This document shows, piece after piece, positions 36,213 through 45,388 of a DNA stretch of 64,000 nt (position 1 is its first letter; the number at the start of each line of letters is the position of its first letter). This DNA comes from an uncultured bacterium. GTDB taxonomy: Bacteria > Patescibacteriota > JAHJAL01. The DNA is taken from the NCBI GenBank assembly GCA_938004065.1, contig CALKWM010000009.1, positions 3,330-67,329 of the forward strand, read 5' to 3'. Below the pieces are notes generated by a model, which saw only the letters and a list, made by a program, of their open reading frames with translations, was not told where the DNA came from and made no database searches. The translations under genes were made by a program, and so were the position numbers.

Positions 36213-38927
36213 GGTATATTTGATTTTATATTTGGTGATCCGAACAAAAAAGAGATTCAAAAACTCCAACCGATAGTTGAGCAGATAAATAGTATGGGGG
36301 ATGATATTCATAAATTGTCCGACGAAGAATTAAAAGCCAAGACGGACAATTTTAAATCGGTTATTTTGGATCGAGTTGGTAAAGGTGAGGAAGAAACAAA
36401 GATTCTGGATGATTTACTCCCGGAAGCTTTCTGCGTGGTGCGAGAAGCATCTCGAAGGACACTGGGTCTAAGACATTATGATGTACAGATAATCGGTGGT
36501 ATTGTAATCCATCAGGGTAAAATCGCGGAAATGAAAACCGGTGAAGGAAAAACATTGGTTGCCACTTTGGCGCTTTACCTCAACGCTCTGACAGGTAAAG
36601 GCGCCCATCTGGTAACGGTCAATGATTATCTGGCACGTCGTGATGCTGACTGGATGGGAGAAATTTTTCATTTTTTGGGATTGACGGTTGGTGTTATTCA
36701 ACATCAAGAGTCATATCGCTATGACCCGGAAGCCAATGAAGAACAAGATGACGAAGATGAAAATAAAGAAAAGCAAATAAAATTTCGCTTGAAAAAATGT
36801 ACGCGCCGAGAGGCATACGAAGCGGACATCACTTATGCCACCAACAATGAATTGGGATTTGATTACCTGCGGGACAATATGGTAATCGATGAAAAACAAA
36901 TGGTGCAAAGACCACTCAATTTTGCGATTGTTGATGAGGTGGACAATATCTTGATTGATGAGGCCAGAACACCTTTGATTATATCCGGACAAGGCGATGA
37001 GGTGAGTGAAATGTATCAACAGTTTGCTAGAATCGTGCCACAACTCAAAGAAAACGCGGATTTCAATGTGGATGAAAAAATGCGGGCGATAAGTTTAACC
37101 GAAGAGGGTATTAATCATGTAGAAAAATTAATTGGTGTCAACAATATCTACGAAGAAAAGGGCATTAAAACGGTTCATCATTTGGAAGAAGCACTGAAAG
37201 CGGAAATTTTATTTAAAAGAGATCGAGATTACGTGGTAAAAAATGGTGAAATCGTGATCGTGGATGAATTTACCGGTCGTATGATGCCGGGCCGACGATA
37301 TTCACGGGGATTGCATCAAGCTATTGAAGCCAAAGAAGGGGTGGAAATCAAGCGAGAAAGCAAAACTATCGCCACAATTACTTTTCAAAACTATTTCCGG
37401 TTGTATAAAAAACTTGCCGGTATGACCGGTACCGCCGTTACCGAAGCTGAGGAGTTGGCTTCAATTTACAAACTGGATGTAGTGGTAATACCAACCAACA
37501 AGCCGGTGATCAGAGATGATCGCAATGATTTGATATTTAGAAATGAAAAGGGAAAGTATGGTGCTGTGGTGGAGGAAATAAAAAATCGTCATACCAAAGG
37601 GCAACCGGTACTGGTAGGTACTATCTCGGTGGAAAAAAGTGAAACTTTGTCTGAGATGTTAACACGTATCGGTATAGAACACAATGTTTTGAATGCCAAA
37701 CATCATGAGAGAGAATCGGAAATTGTGGCCAGAGCGGGAGAAAAAGGAGCGGTAACAATCGCTACCAACATGGCCGGCCGAGGAACAGATATCAAATTGG
37801 ACCCGGAAGTGATCGAGTTGGGTGGTTTGCACATACTAGGTACGGAAAGGCACGAATCGAGACGAATTGACAATCAGTTGCGAGGCCGAGCCGGTCGTCA
37901 GGGAGATCCCGGTAGTAGCCAGTTTTTTGTTTCTTTGGAAGATGATTTGATGCGGATTTTCGGTTCGGACCGAATCAAAGGAATGATGGAGACATTTGGT
38001 TTTCCGGAGGATCAACCTTTGGAGCATAAAATGCTCACCGGATCGATTGAATCTGCTCAGAAAAAAGTGGAGGGTTACAACTTTGATATCCGAAAAAGCG
38101 TGGTGGATTATGATGATGTAATGAACAAACACCGCGAGGCGATTTACAAAAAAAGGAGAAATATTTTAACAAATGAAGATTTGAAACCGGATGTATTGTT
38201 GATAATCAAAGAAGTGATCAAAGATGTGGTATCGGTTCACACTACCGGGCAGAGAGAAGAGTGGAATTTGTCGGAGATAGTGGAAAATTACAAAACAATT
38301 GTAGGGCATTATTTTCAAGAGCCAAAAATTGACCAGTTTGAAAACCCTGACGGTATCGCCGATTTTCTATACGAAGACGCCTGTGTAAGATATGAACAAA
38401 AAGAAAAGGAGCTTTCCGCTGAGATTATGCGTAAACTGGAAAGATTGGTGATGCTGAGAATTATCGATAACCTGTGGCAGGACCATCTGGATGAGATGGA
38501 TTATTTGCGAACGGGAGTCGGTTTACGCGGATACGGACAGCGTGATCCGTTGATTGAGTACAAGCATGAAGCATACAATCTGTACAAACAGTTACAACTC
38601 TTGATCAATGATCAAATTGCCAAAACGATTTACAAAGTAACTATCATCAAACAACCGATGCAGCCGGTACAAGGGAAAGAAATTAAACCGGAAGCCGGTT
38701 CTTTGACAAAACCGGGATCGGTTGCAACCGCTACATCCACAACTGCCGGTACAGCAGTTAAAACGTATAGTCGCGGAACAAGCCAGAGCAATATACCTCC
38801 CGCTCAAAAAGGACCGTTGCCGACCGGCAAGGTGCAAACCATAACTCGTGATGAAGAAAAAATTGGCCGAAATGATCCTTGTCCATGTGGAAGCGGGAAA
38901 AAGTATAAAAAGTGCCACGGAGCGTAA
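36210..38927 (+). CDS. secA: Preprotein translocase ATPase SecA
   Basis: DEAD motor motifs, preprotein cross-linking domain, and a C-terminal zinc-binding [14 protein letters not shown]. The ORF opens with TTG at 36195, but [19 protein letters not shown] at 36210 fits SecA N-termini. Confidence 0.95.
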   Translation: MGIFDFIFGDPNKKEIQKLQPIVEQINSMGDDIHKLSDEELKAKTDNFKSVILDRVGKGEEETKILDDLLPEAFCVVREASRRTLGLRHYDVQIIGGIVIHQGKIAEMKTGEGKTLVATLALYLNALTGKGAHLVTVNDYLARRDADWMGEIFHFLGLTVGVIQHQESYRYDPEANEEQDDEDENKEKQIKFRLKKCTRREAYEADITYATNNELGFDYLRDNMVIDEKQMVQRPLNFAIVDEVDNILIDEARTPLIISGQGDEVSEMYQQFARIVPQLKENADFNVDEKMRAISLTEEGINHVEKLIGVNNIYEEKGIKTVHHLEEALKAEILFKRDRDYVVKNGEIVIVDEFTGRMMPGRRYSRGLHQAIEAKEGVEIKRESKTIATITFQNYFRLYKKLAGMTGTAVTEAEELASIYKLDVVVIPTNKPVIRDDRNDLIFRNEKGKYGAVVEEIKNRHTKGQPVLVGTISVEKSETLSEMLTRIGIEHNVLNAKHHERESEIVARAGEKGAVTIATNMAGRGTDIKLDPEVIELGGLHILGTERHESRRIDNQLRGRAGRQGDPGSSQFFVSLEDDLMRIFGSDRIKGMMETFGFPEDQPLEHKMLTGSIESAQKKVEGYNFDIRKSVVDYDDVMNKHREAIYKKRRNILTNEDLKPDVLLIIKEVIKDVVSVHTTGQREEWNLSEIVENYKTIVGHYFQEPKIDQFENPDGIADFLYEDACVRYEQKEKELSAEIMRKLERLVMLRIIDNLWQDHLDEMDYLRTGVGLRGYGQRDPLIEYKHEAYNLYKQLQLLINDQIAKTIYKVTIIKQPMQPVQGKEIKPEAGSLTKPGSVATATSTTAGTAVKTYSRGTSQSNIPPAQKGPLPTGKVQTITRDEEKIGRNDPCPCGSGKKYKKCHGA

Positions 38928-39134
38928 ATACGATATTTTTATTTTTCAATAACCAAAAATAATTCGATAACAAATTTCGCGGTTTAATGGTTGGTTTTTG
39001 AATGGTTAAATGGTTGGAATATAAAATTGTCATATTGAAATATTGTGAGAACAATCAATGTCAAATAGTTAAATGGATAAAACTTTTTAAACTTGCAGAT
39101 TTGGAAATTTTTTAGTTTGATTTTTAATGATGTT

Positions 39135-39659
39135 ATGCAAAACTGGAAACTTGTTGATAGGAAAAATATTTATAACCAAGGCAGGTTGAAATTTGATCAA
39201 TTTGGCTATGAATTGCCCGACGGCAAACGAAAAGATTATATAGTCAGAGACATCGGAAATGTAGCCAAGGTTTTTGCGGTTACAGCCGAGAGAAAGGCAA
39301 TATTGATTGAGCAATTTCGGGTGGGACCACAGGAGACCGTGTTCGAATTACCAGGTGGTTTTTGTGATAAAAAGGAAAGGCCGGAAATTACTGCCGGGCG
39401 CGAATTGTTGGAAGAAACCGGCTATACGGGAGAGATAGAATACCTGACTAGTTTCTGGAATGATGCTTATTCAACCATGAAGATTTACTGCTATTTGGCT
39501 AAAAATTGCCAAAAGATTTCCGATCAAAAACTCGATGACGATGAATATATTGATATTCATTTGGTAAGCGTGGATTCTCTGAGAAAAAAACTGTTTGAGG
39601 GGCAAATGCGCGATATTGGGATTTGTTATCTGGGACTGGATCGATTGGGTTGGATGTAA
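39135..39659 (+). CDS. NUDIX hydrolase (ADP-ribose pyrophosphatase-like)
   Basis: Nudix box GGFCDKKERPEITAGRELLEETGY. The start is set at MQNWKLVDRKNIY, which is typical of ADPRase N-termini (the ORF opens at 39093). Confidence 0.72.
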   Translation: MQNWKLVDRKNIYNQGRLKFDQFGYELPDGKRKDYIVRDIGNVAKVFAVTAERKAILIEQFRVGPQETVFELPGGFCDKKERPEITAGRELLEETGYTGEIEYLTSFWNDAYSTMKIYCYLAKNCQKISDQKLDDDEYIDIHLVSVDSLRKKLFEGQMRDIGICYLGLDRLGWM

Positions 39660-39947
39660 TTGAATGTCATCTTTTTTATAAAAGCAATATAGCAAAATAA
39701 AAAACTTTGGTTTGTAAGTTATATATTATACAAAAAAACAGGTCATAATAATGATCTGTTTTTTAAACAAAGAAGAATCGCTTTTCTACAGACTGGCAGA
39801 AATACCAAATGCCAATTTGTAGGCAAAATATCCAACTACAATAGCACCGATTACGATCAAGATGACTTTTATGGTATCATTCATAATTTTTTTATAATTA
39901 TTATGGTTCTTGATTATATTGTATAAAATTTTGCCTAAAAATAAAAA

Positions 39948-40328
39948 TCAAGATGAAAGTAGCTTGGGTGGCAGGATATAGCCAATAGCTCCTTTGGCAC
40001 CATAGAATCCAAAAACCAGCGCATAAATAATGAGGATGAAAAATTCCTGCGGGGACGTTTGTCCGGAGGCGGTGAGAATTTGGTAAGACATAGCAATTAT
40101 CAAAAATATGCAGACAATGAAACCAATGGCGCCGGCTTTTTGTTGTTTGTACACTTCAACGTCTTTGGAAAAAGTCAAAGTGCCACCAAGAACACTGCCC
40201 AATGTTAGCAAAAAAACGATCAAAAGATTGCCGAAGTTGAGGAGGGTGTCATTGTAGAAAAATACCACTTGCATGATGGCAAGGATACTGGCAATGATTA
40301 GAAAAATTAAACCAAATTTTGCTTTCAT
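39948..40328 (-). CDS. Membrane protein, hypothetical
   Basis: 126 aa with 4 TM helices. Confidence 0.35.
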   Translation of the reverse strand: MKAKFGLIFLIIASILAIMQVVFFYNDTLLNFGNLLIVFLLTLGSVLGGTLTFSKDVEVYKQQKAGAIGFIVCIFLIIAMSYQILTASGQTSPQEFFILIIYALVFGFYGAKGAIGYILPPKLLSS

Positions 40329-40392
40329 ATAATTTTATAAAAATATTTTTATTGCTATATATTCATATTAGTGAGTAGTACGAATTAAAAAT

Positions 40393-40440
40393 AAGAAATA
40401 TGATGAGGATGACAGATGAGAGAATTAAATAGCACTACTT
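40393..40440. repeat. Inverted-repeat element copy (ATGAGGATGACAGATGAGAGAATTAAATAGCACTACTT)
   Basis: Has the right-arm consensus. The left end is gtgagtagtacgaatt. Confidence 0.45.
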
Positions 40441-40504
40441 ATATATTAGCAAATTTTTTTAGCTATATATTTTTTTTCTTAAAAATAATTTTGTGCGATT
40501 TTCT

Positions 40505-41377
40505 TCATAATAATTTGAATTTTATGACCTTTACCGGAGTGTCCTCCCCTACTTGCATATGGTAATATTTACTATACGTCTGATACATTTCGGCGGGTGA
40601 AGTAAATGTTTCATGGCCGGACAAATCATCATCATTTAATTCGCCAAAGGTTGTTTCTCCGGTTTGATAGATAACAGCTCGAGCGAATTCTTCACGCTGG
40701 TTTTTGGTCATTGAAAGCAGATCGCCGGTTTGTAAATTTTTATCATCATTGATCCGCCAGGTGGTGAATTTTTTACCGGACAAAATCATATCCGGTAATT
40801 TATCGGAAAAATTCAGCTGCTTAAATGTGATCGGATAATTTAGGTCCAAACACAGTGCGACTAATTTGCTGACGGAACCAATGTTGTGTTTTATTTGGTT
40901 GGCCACCACCTGCTGAAATGTTCTTTCATCGGCTTTGCCTTTAGAAAAAAACTTATCGGCTAAGCAGATTATTCTTTCTTCTATCGTTTGCGGAGTCATG
41001 TCGCGATTGGGTAAAGGTAATGATTGATTGGTAATTGTTTCCCGATCCAGACCCAGTCCAACATGGCGCTCACATACCAGAGCCAATTGGGGCAAATTTT
41101 CTTTTTCCAATATTTTTCGACCAGCAATACCGTGTTCAACATATGACAACTTTCCTTTGCAACCGTTTTTTGGACTATCAACATCTTTGATGCCGATGTC
41201 GTGCAACATAGCCGCTTGATGCAAAAATATTCGATCAATGTTCTCGTCCGGATTGAGATCGGCAATTTCCGAAGCTTTAGCACTAACTTGCCGACCATGT
41301 TCGATGAGAATCGGATAAGTCGGACTATCCACCGGGATGTATTTGGCAATTATTTGTTCGGGGTCGATTTGGGGCAT
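40505..41377 (-). CDS. HD-domain phosphohydrolase fused to a C-terminal ASCH domain
   Basis: The HD region has the H...HD pair (MLHDIG) and a later conserved His (VEHG); CERHVGLGL lies further downstream. The C-terminal ILSGKKFTTWRINDD...GDLL...VIKFKLL matches the ASCH beta-barrel. Confidence 0.5.
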   Translation of the reverse strand: MPQIDPEQIIAKYIPVDSPTYPILIEHGRQVSAKASEIADLNPDENIDRIFLHQAAMLHDIGIKDVDSPKNGCKGKLSYVEHGIAGRKILEKENLPQLALVCERHVGLGLDRETITNQSLPLPNRDMTPQTIEERIICLADKFFSKGKADERTFQQVVANQIKHNIGSVSKLVALCLDLNYPITFKQLNFSDKLPDMILSGKKFTTWRINDDKNLQTGDLLSMTKNQREEFARAVIYQTGETTFGELNDDDLSGHETFTSPAEMYQTYSKYYHMQVGEDTPVKVIKFKLL

Positions 41378-41565
41378 GATTATCGGTTATTATATCTAAT
41401 TTATATAGTACAGAAAAAATTGCATTTTTAATATACAAGATAAGATATGAACTTTATTTACACATTGTCATATGTTTTGTTCGTCAAGTAGAATGAAAAA
41501 AATCTTGTGTAATATAATTTTAAAACCGCTGGGAAATTCGTTCAGCGGTTTTGTGATGATTGTGT

Positions 41566-42426
41566 TTAGATCGATTTCAATATCTCGTACGGCAAACCGA
41601 AATCGGCATTGGTATGCAATACGACATCAAATTCTTGCAGATATTTTTCTCGGTAAATGGAGCAATTATCATTGTTCAAAAAACCGATCTTTATCTGCCG
41701 GCACCAGTCAGAAATACTAATAGCCATTTGATGATCATCGATGTGATCGCCGATGACGATGACATCTGTTTTGTCAGATATCTTGTCCCAAAACGGCTGT
41801 TTCGTTAAATCCACTTGATGTTTGTTTAAAGAGTGGATTATCGGCGATGAGTAATTTTTATCGGTAAAATTGAGCCAGTTGGAGACAATATATATATTGT
41901 CTCGCTCGATTTTTTTGAATTTTAAGTATGTTTCAATGAAATTCCCGATTCCGGCGGAGAAAATTATGACCGGTATTTTTTTCCGGTGAGTGTATCGGAT
42001 AAATTCCAGAAAATAATTTCGCATCACCATCTCATCATCCAAAACAATGGACTGAAAGGTCGATTGATCCAAGTTTTCCGCCAGTAGTGCCATTTCCAAT
42101 GTCCACCATTCCCGGGCCATGGCAAACTTTTCATCCTGGCCTATCTCTTGAGTAAATAAGAAAGGATAGTATTTTTGGAAATTCGAATTTGATTGATCAG
42201 ATACGAATTTCGAAATACGCGGTGAGTTTCTGATCAAGGCATTGATGGCCATCGGCAGTCCATTGTGTCTATGGACTGTGCAGGTCATGTCCCAATCGAG
42301 GACAAACAAAAGATCTTTGCCTTGGTTGGTTTGGATATGTCGGAATAATTTCTTTATTTTTGGTTCAATTTTTATAATATCTTTATTGAATTTTTTCGAT
42401 ATGGCATAGTATATTGATCGTTTCAA
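41566..42426 (-). CDS. HAD-superfamily 5'-nucleotidase of the eukaryotic UMPH-1 / pyrimidine 5'-nucleotidase type
   Basis: 286 aa. VLDWDMTCT is a DxDxT motif in the characteristic D(F/W)DMT form. Overall length and spacing match PF05822. Confidence 0.45.
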   Translation of the reverse strand: MKRSIYYAISKKFNKDIIKIEPKIKKLFRHIQTNQGKDLLFVLDWDMTCTVHRHNGLPMAINALIRNSPRISKFVSDQSNSNFQKYYPFLFTQEIGQDEKFAMAREWWTLEMALLAENLDQSTFQSIVLDDEMVMRNYFLEFIRYTHRKKIPVIIFSAGIGNFIETYLKFKKIERDNIYIVSNWLNFTDKNYSSPIIHSLNKHQVDLTKQPFWDKISDKTDVIVIGDHIDDHQMAISISDWCRQIKIGFLNNDNCSIYREKYLQEFDVVLHTNADFGLPYEILKSI

Positions 42427-42895
42427 TATTATCGCCTCCTAATACATAAAGTGATTTTAAGGTACTTGTTACTGATTATATGATGAAAATCCTTGATAGT
42501 AAATAAAAAATCCATAAGAACGAGGCCGAGAACGATAGGCACGACTTAAGAAAATTAATTTTATATTAACTAAAGTTGGTGCATGTTAGCAAAAAGTCAT
42601 TTAACTAATGAGGATAGAGAAAGAAAGAATCCGTATCATAATTTTAAATTTAATTATCTCTGCTAAACTAGCATATCAAAAGCGTTATCATTGATTTTAT
42701 CACCCGAATTTTGTCATTAGATTAAATTTTCTAAAAAACACAAGATTGCCAAAATAATATGACATAATATTCTGTAATTCTTTTTTTTATGAGAACAACA
42801 ATAATCAAGGAAAATGGCAACCGTATTCCTCACCCATCTCGTAAAAATGTGATGTTATATGAGATAATGGTTTTGAAATAAAATAATTTTGCCCA

Positions 42896-44662
42896 ATGAA
42901 ATATTTTTTAAGTCTGCTTGCCTTTTTTGTCTTTGTTCAACCAACGACAACTCTCGCCAGGGAGTATGTTTATGATTGGTATATCAAGGATATGAGAACT
43001 GTGATAAACATCAATCAAGATGGATCGCTGGATATACGGGAAGATATCGTAGCTGACTGTGGCAATTTACCTGATAAACATGGCATCTTTCGAGTTATTC
43101 CCACCACCAAATATCTAACTGATGATGAGGTGATTGAATATGATGTTAGATTGGACAGCATCACTGATTTTAACGGAAAGGAATACAATTACACTCAGTC
43201 GGTTGATAGTTATAACGACACCATCACCTGGAAGATTGGTGATGCCAATGTAACAGTAACCGGAGAAAATGATTATCAAATCAACTACCATGTCGGCAAT
43301 GTAATCCAGGGCAATAACGAAAATTTTGATGAATTTTACTGGAATGTTCACGGCCAGTTTTGGGACATAGAAGCCGATCACGTACTGGCAATAGTCAATT
43401 TTCCCGAGGGATTTGATTATCAAAAACAAGAGACCAATCTGTACAGCGGAACGTTTGGTGGCAATGATGCTATCGCATCATATACATGGATTGATAAGGA
43501 TACGATCGAGATTGAATCGGAACAAAAATTGGGAGTTAACGAGGGTTTGACCCTGTCGGTTACTATGCCAAAAGGATTGACCGACGTTGCCGACATAACA
43601 ATCATTGATCACCGTTGGGCATACCTATTGGCAGGATTATGGTTTATTTTGCAAGCGATATGGATATTTATCACGCCGCTGGTTTTATTGATTGCGTTTA
43701 TCATCTGGTATCGTCATGGGAAAGACCCGGTGGTTAACAAAACAGTGATTGCGCAATACGAACCACCTTTGAAACTTAACCCGATGCAACTCTCCATGCT
43801 GATATCCAACGGCAATTTGAGTGGTCGGGCAATTACGGCCAGTATTGTGAATCTGGCGGTGAAAAAACTAATCAAAATTGAGGAAATTCCAAAAAAAGGA
43901 TGGTTCGGCAGTAAGGATTTCAATATGACTGTACTGAAAGATAAGGGTTCGATTGAATATCAGAGTTTGGCCAAAAGCGAAAAGGATCTTTACAGTTATC
44001 TGTTTGGCAACAGTAAATCAAAAAAATTATCGGCTTTGAAAAATAAATTTTACACCAACATTGATCCACTAAAAAGGCAGGTGCGCGCGGAAGTGGTTGA
44101 TGAGATGAAACTGTTTGACAAAAAAGGTTTTGAATATGGGGATTGGATGTTTGTCCTGCTGGTTTTGTGTATTGTGGGAGGAATATTTGTGATGGCATTT
44201 TTGCCGGTGCTGGGATTGTCACTGATCGCTTCATCGGTAATACTGGGATTTTTTGGTTATTTCATGTCAAAAATGACTCCGGAAGGTGCACAAGCCAATT
44301 GGCAAGCGAAGGGATTTAAACTATTTATGTTAACCGCGGAAAAATACCGCCAGGAATTTTATGAAAAAGAGTTTATCTTTGAAAAATTCCTCCCGTATGC
44401 AGTGGCTTATGACATCGTTAAACAGTGGACAAAGAATATGGAATCAATTTATGGCAAAGAAAAAATGAACAACTACAGCCCGTATTGGTACACCTCGAGT
44501 GTGATGGCGGGTGGTTTTGATGTTGACAGTTTTTCATCAACACTGAATTCGATGTCTTCCAATATGTCTTCGAGTATTTCTTCGTCACCTTCTTCCAGTG
44601 GATCTGGTGGTGGCGGGTTTTCTGGTGGTGGCGGGGGAGGTGGAGGAGGGGGTGGGTGGTAA
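42896..44662 (+). CDS. DUF2207-family membrane protein with a C-terminal poly-Gly tail
   Basis: 588 aa. Signal peptide, a large extracytoplasmic N-domain, TM helices around residues 250-280 and 430-470, and the C-terminus SGSGGGGFSGGGGGGGGGGGW typical of DUF2207. Confidence 0.6.
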   Translation: MKYFLSLLAFFVFVQPTTTLAREYVYDWYIKDMRTVININQDGSLDIREDIVADCGNLPDKHGIFRVIPTTKYLTDDEVIEYDVRLDSITDFNGKEYNYTQSVDSYNDTITWKIGDANVTVTGENDYQINYHVGNVIQGNNENFDEFYWNVHGQFWDIEADHVLAIVNFPEGFDYQKQETNLYSGTFGGNDAIASYTWIDKDTIEIESEQKLGVNEGLTLSVTMPKGLTDVADITIIDHRWAYLLAGLWFILQAIWIFITPLVLLIAFIIWYRHGKDPVVNKTVIAQYEPPLKLNPMQLSMLISNGNLSGRAITASIVNLAVKKLIKIEEIPKKGWFGSKDFNMTVLKDKGSIEYQSLAKSEKDLYSYLFGNSKSKKLSALKNKFYTNIDPLKRQVRAEVVDEMKLFDKKGFEYGDWMFVLLVLCIVGGIFVMAFLPVLGLSLIASSVILGFFGYFMSKMTPEGAQANWQAKGFKLFMLTAEKYRQEFYEKEFIFEKFLPYAVAYDIVKQWTKNMESIYGKEKMNNYSPYWYTSSVMAGGFDVDSFSSTLNSMSSNMSSSISSSPSSSGSGGGGFSGGGGGGGGGGGW

Positions 44663-44790
44663 GAACAACAACTATCAAGATTCAATGATCAATTTATAAA
44701 GAAAAAGACAGCTATTAACATCTAGCTGTCTTTTTTTAAAAACCATATTATTATTTATACGCTCTTTACCCTTTTTTTGAAATCAAATTC

Positions 44791-45333
44791 CTAATCTAGT
44801 TCTTCGGTATATTTTTCTGCCAAATCGTCAAGTCGTGAAATATAATCAGGGGTAAGTTCTTGAGCTATCTGATAAATCCTATCAAATAGTTCCTGTTTTT
44901 TGACTCTACTTATTTGATGATTTTGCAGCAACTTATCCAGGTTTCCTACTACTTCTTCGAAATGTACCAGGTGAATTGTTTTTACTATTTTTTCCTCAAT
45001 CCCTTTCCGAGTAAGTTTTGCAATATCAAATATTAATTTAGAATCTTTGTTAAAATTAATACTCATATTGTTTGTATTGCTTTTTTCGAACAATCTGATT
45101 TGTTCGATAAGTTTGTCATCTGAAACTAGTGGATCTCCAATCATGTGGATGATTTTTTCCACGGTATTATTTTTTTCCCAGATTGGCTCGTCGTCCATGT
45201 CTTTTATTTCTGTCAATAATTTTAGACACTCTAATTTTTGGATTGCTAATAATGAAGATAGCATGTTAATATTCACTCCTTTTTTAAATTTGATGCATAA
45301 ATTGTATGAAATAATTAATGACATGTCAATCAC
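44791..45333 (-). CDS. Hypothetical protein
   Basis: 180-aa ORF, helical. Confidence 0.3.
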   Translation of the reverse strand: MIDMSLIISYNLCIKFKKGVNINMLSSLLAIQKLECLKLLTEIKDMDDEPIWEKNNTVEKIIHMIGDPLVSDDKLIEQIRLFEKSNTNNMSINFNKDSKLIFDIAKLTRKGIEEKIVKTIHLVHFEEVVGNLDKLLQNHQISRVKKQELFDRIYQIAQELTPDYISRLDDLAEKYTEELD

Positions 45334-45388
45334 AAAAACAAAAGACAGGGCTTAAGCTCTGTCTTTTTGTAATGTTTTTACTTTGAAA

